Source: Actinomycetota bacterium (GTDB lineage: Bacteria; Actinomycetota; Humimicrobiia; Humimicrobiales; Humimicrobiaceae). Taken from it: DNA of 59,869 bases. The DNA is taken from contig VGAZ01000003.1 of NCBI GenBank assembly GCA_016870615.1, forward strand, positions 1 to 59,869, written 5' to 3'. Position numbers and translations under genes: made by a program. Positions 57,801 to 59,869 of this stretch are shown here, piece after piece. The notes beneath the pieces were generated by a model that was not told where the DNA came from, searched no databases, and saw only the letters and a program-made list of their open reading frames with translations. How positions within the stretch are numbered: position 1 is the stretch's first letter; every line of letters starts with the position of its first letter.

Positions 57801-59869
57801 TTGAGGATAGGTATATTCGTCTGTTTTTGCGGCTCAAACATTGGCGCAACAGTTGATGTGGATAAAGTTGCGCAAGAGGCTTTAAAATTTCCCGGGGTAG
57901 TTTTTACCCAGACAAATTTATATACATGCTCAGAACCCGGACAGGCCCAGATAACAAAGGCCATTAAAGAGCATAACCTTACAAGGGTACTGGTTGCTTC
58001 ATGCTCGCCAAGAGTGCACCAGAACACTTTCATGAAAACCGTGGAAACAGTTGATCTTAACCCTTATTTATTTGATATGGCAAATATCAGGGAGCATGTT
58101 TCATGGATTCATGATGATAAAGAAAAAGCTACCCAAAAAGCTATAGAGCTTATCAGGATGGCAGCAGCAAAAGTATACAGGCATAATGAATTGTTCCCCA
58201 AATATTTTGACCTTAATAAGAATGTTATAATAATTGGGGGCGGCATAGCCGGAATCCAGGCGGCGCTTGATATAGCAGATGGCGGAAGGAAAGTAACACT
58301 TATTGAGCGCCAGTCCTCCATAGGAGGAAGAATGGCCCAGCTTGATAAAACTTTTCCCACTATTGACTGTTCTGCCTGCATACTGTCCCCGAAAATGGTT
58401 GATGCAGGAATGCATGAAAATATTAATCTTTTTACCCTTTCAGAAGTTATAAAAGTTGAAGGTTCAATTGGCAATTTTAAAGTTACCATAAGGAAAAAAC
58501 CAAGATATATAATTGAAAAAAACTGCACATCCTGCGGAGAATGTGAAAAAGTGTGCCCGGTAGACTGTGTAAATGAATATGAAGCCGGGCTTGCCACAAG
58601 AAAAGCAATATCAAGGATGTTCACCCAGGCGGTCCCTTCAGCCTATAATATAAATTTCAAGGGAAAAGCTCCCTGCAGGAGCACATGCCCCGCAAATGTG
58701 CCCGCCCAGGGCTATATCGCCCTGATAAGTGAAGGAAAATATTTGGAAGCTTTAAAGCTTCACAGGGAAGAAAATCCATTCCCGTCTATTTGCGGAAGAG
58801 CCTGCATGCATCCGTGTGAGGAAAGCTGCACAAGAAACCTTGTAGATGACCCTGTGGCAATAATGAGCCTGAAAAGATTCATAGCTGATTTTGAGCTCAA
58901 ACTTGGAGAAATACCACTTCCCGAAATGGATGAAAAAAAGGATAAAAAGGTTGCAATTGTGGGATCAGGGCCCGCCGGCCTTACTGCGGCATATTTTTTG
59001 GCAAAAAAAGGTTATGGGGTAAAAATATTTGAGTCACTTCCGGTTACAGGAGGGATGCTAAGGGTAGGCATACCCACTTACCGTCTTCCTCCGGAAATTC
59101 TTGATATTGAAATTGATGTTGTAAAAAGGATGGGAGTGGAAATAAAGACAAACCATCCAGTCAGCAGTTATGACGAAGTATATGATCTAAAGGAAAAAGA
59201 GGGTTTTGGGGCAGTATTTTTAGCAACCGGCGCCCACCAGGACAAAAAGCTGGATTGTGAAGGTGAATTTTTAAAAGGAGTAATCCCCGGTATTGCATTC
59301 CTTCGTGATGTGGCTCTTTCAAAAATAACAAAGCTGGACGGAAAAGTTGCAGTTGTCGGCGGGGGAAATGTTGCGATTGACTCGGCAAGGACAGCACTTC
59401 GCCTTGGGGCAAAAGAAGTAAGCATATTTTACCGAAGAAGCAACAAAGAAATGCCTGCACTTGATGAAGAAGTCGAAGAAACGATTGAAGAAGGAATAAG
59501 CATAAATTACCTTACTGCTCCTGTAAAAATTGAAGGTAAAAATGGCAAAGCGCAAAAGCTGGTCCTTATAAAAAATGAGCTGGGCAAACCTGACAGCAGC
59601 GGAAGAAGAAGACCTGTGCCAATTAAAGGAAGCGAATTTGAATATGATGTTGATTATATAATTGTTACCATAGGCCAGGACCCCGACATAGCATACCTGC
59701 AGGGTAAAAAAAGAACTTGTAACCTCACCCCATGGAATACTGTAAAGCTTCAAAGGGAGGCTGTGCTTGCTGTCAATGATGACGGCATTTTTGCAGGAGG
59801 GGATCTTGTGCTTGGCCCTGCTACTTTAACTGAAGCAATCGGCCATGGAAAACTTGCAGCAGATATAAT
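57801..59869 (+). CDS. hdrA: HdrA with an inserted GltD/NfnB-like NAD(P)H module (HdrL-type), truncated by the window end
   Basis: Manual translation from TTG: RIGIFVCFCGSNI, SCSPRVH, GGGIAG, LDKTFPTIDCSAC, CTSCGECEKVCP, then APCRSTCP, CGRACMHPCE, GSGPAG, GGGNVAID, YRRS. Confidence 0.92.
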   Translation, partial: MRIGIFVCFCGSNIGATVDVDKVAQEALKFPGVVFTQTNLYTCSEPGQAQITKAIKEHNLTRVLVASCSPRVHQNTFMKTVETVDLNPYLFDMANIREHVSWIHDDKEKATQKAIELIRMAAAKVYRHNELFPKYFDLNKNVIIIGGGIAGIQAALDIADGGRKVTLIERQSSIGGRMAQLDKTFPTIDCSACILSPKMVDAGMHENINLFTLSEVIKVEGSIGNFKVTIRKKPRYIIEKNCTSCGECEKVCPVDCVNEYEAGLATRKAISRMFTQAVPSAYNINFKGKAPCRSTCPANVPAQGYIALISEGKYLEALKLHREENPFPSICGRACMHPCEESCTRNLVDDPVAIMSLKRFIADFELKLGEIPLPEMDEKKDKKVAIVGSGPAGLTAAYFLAKKGYGVKIFESLPVTGGMLRVGIPTYRLPPEILDIEIDVVKRMGVEIKTNHPVSSYDEVYDLKEKEGFGAVFLATGAHQDKKLDCEGEFLKGVIPGIAFLRDVALSKITKLDGKVAVVGGGNVAIDSARTALRLGAKEVSIFYRRSNKEMPALDEEVEETIEEGISINYLTAPVKIEGKNGKAQKLVLIKNELGKPDSSGRRRPVPIKGSEFEYDVDYIIVTIGQDPDIAYLQGKKRTCNLTPWNTVKLQREAVLAVNDDGIFAGGDLVLGPATLTEAIGHGKLAADI

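Noticed and set aside
58360-58385. Selenocysteine in the HdrA DCxxC motif
   Set aside because: The codons are TGT and TGC, with no in-frame TGA

Overview
AT-rich chromosomal segment of an anaerobic bacterium. The argC(J)BDFRGH-type gene order, the LytR_C, PASTA and Gmad2 envelope proteins and several apparently leaderless genes suggest a deep-branching low-GC Actinomycetota lineage (inference only). Left to right: tRNA-Gln; a small unannotated zinc-ribbon gene with iscU and iscS (IscS lacks the PLP lysine); a divergent acetate kinase; a decayed accessory patch (gene remnants, PfkB kinase, hicBA, tRNA 3'-end scar); a lexA-dnaE2-dinB mutagenesis operon with a non-canonical palindromic operator; MgtC and a two-component pair; an aminotransferase-Gfo-PII-GDH-DeoR catabolic cluster; tRNA-Gly-thrS-radical SAM-infC-rpmI-rplT-pheST; a LonC-like protease; the arg operon without argJ; a U32 protein; cell-wall enzymes; tyrS; a DUF2099 (methanogenesis marker 8-like) gene; and hdrC-hdrB-hdrA(HdrL-type), which runs off the end. 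A recurring unexplained pattern is that short in-frame loop insertions in many unrelated proteins are encoded by GC-rich DNA hairpins. No CRISPR array, rRNA, integrase or transposase was seen.
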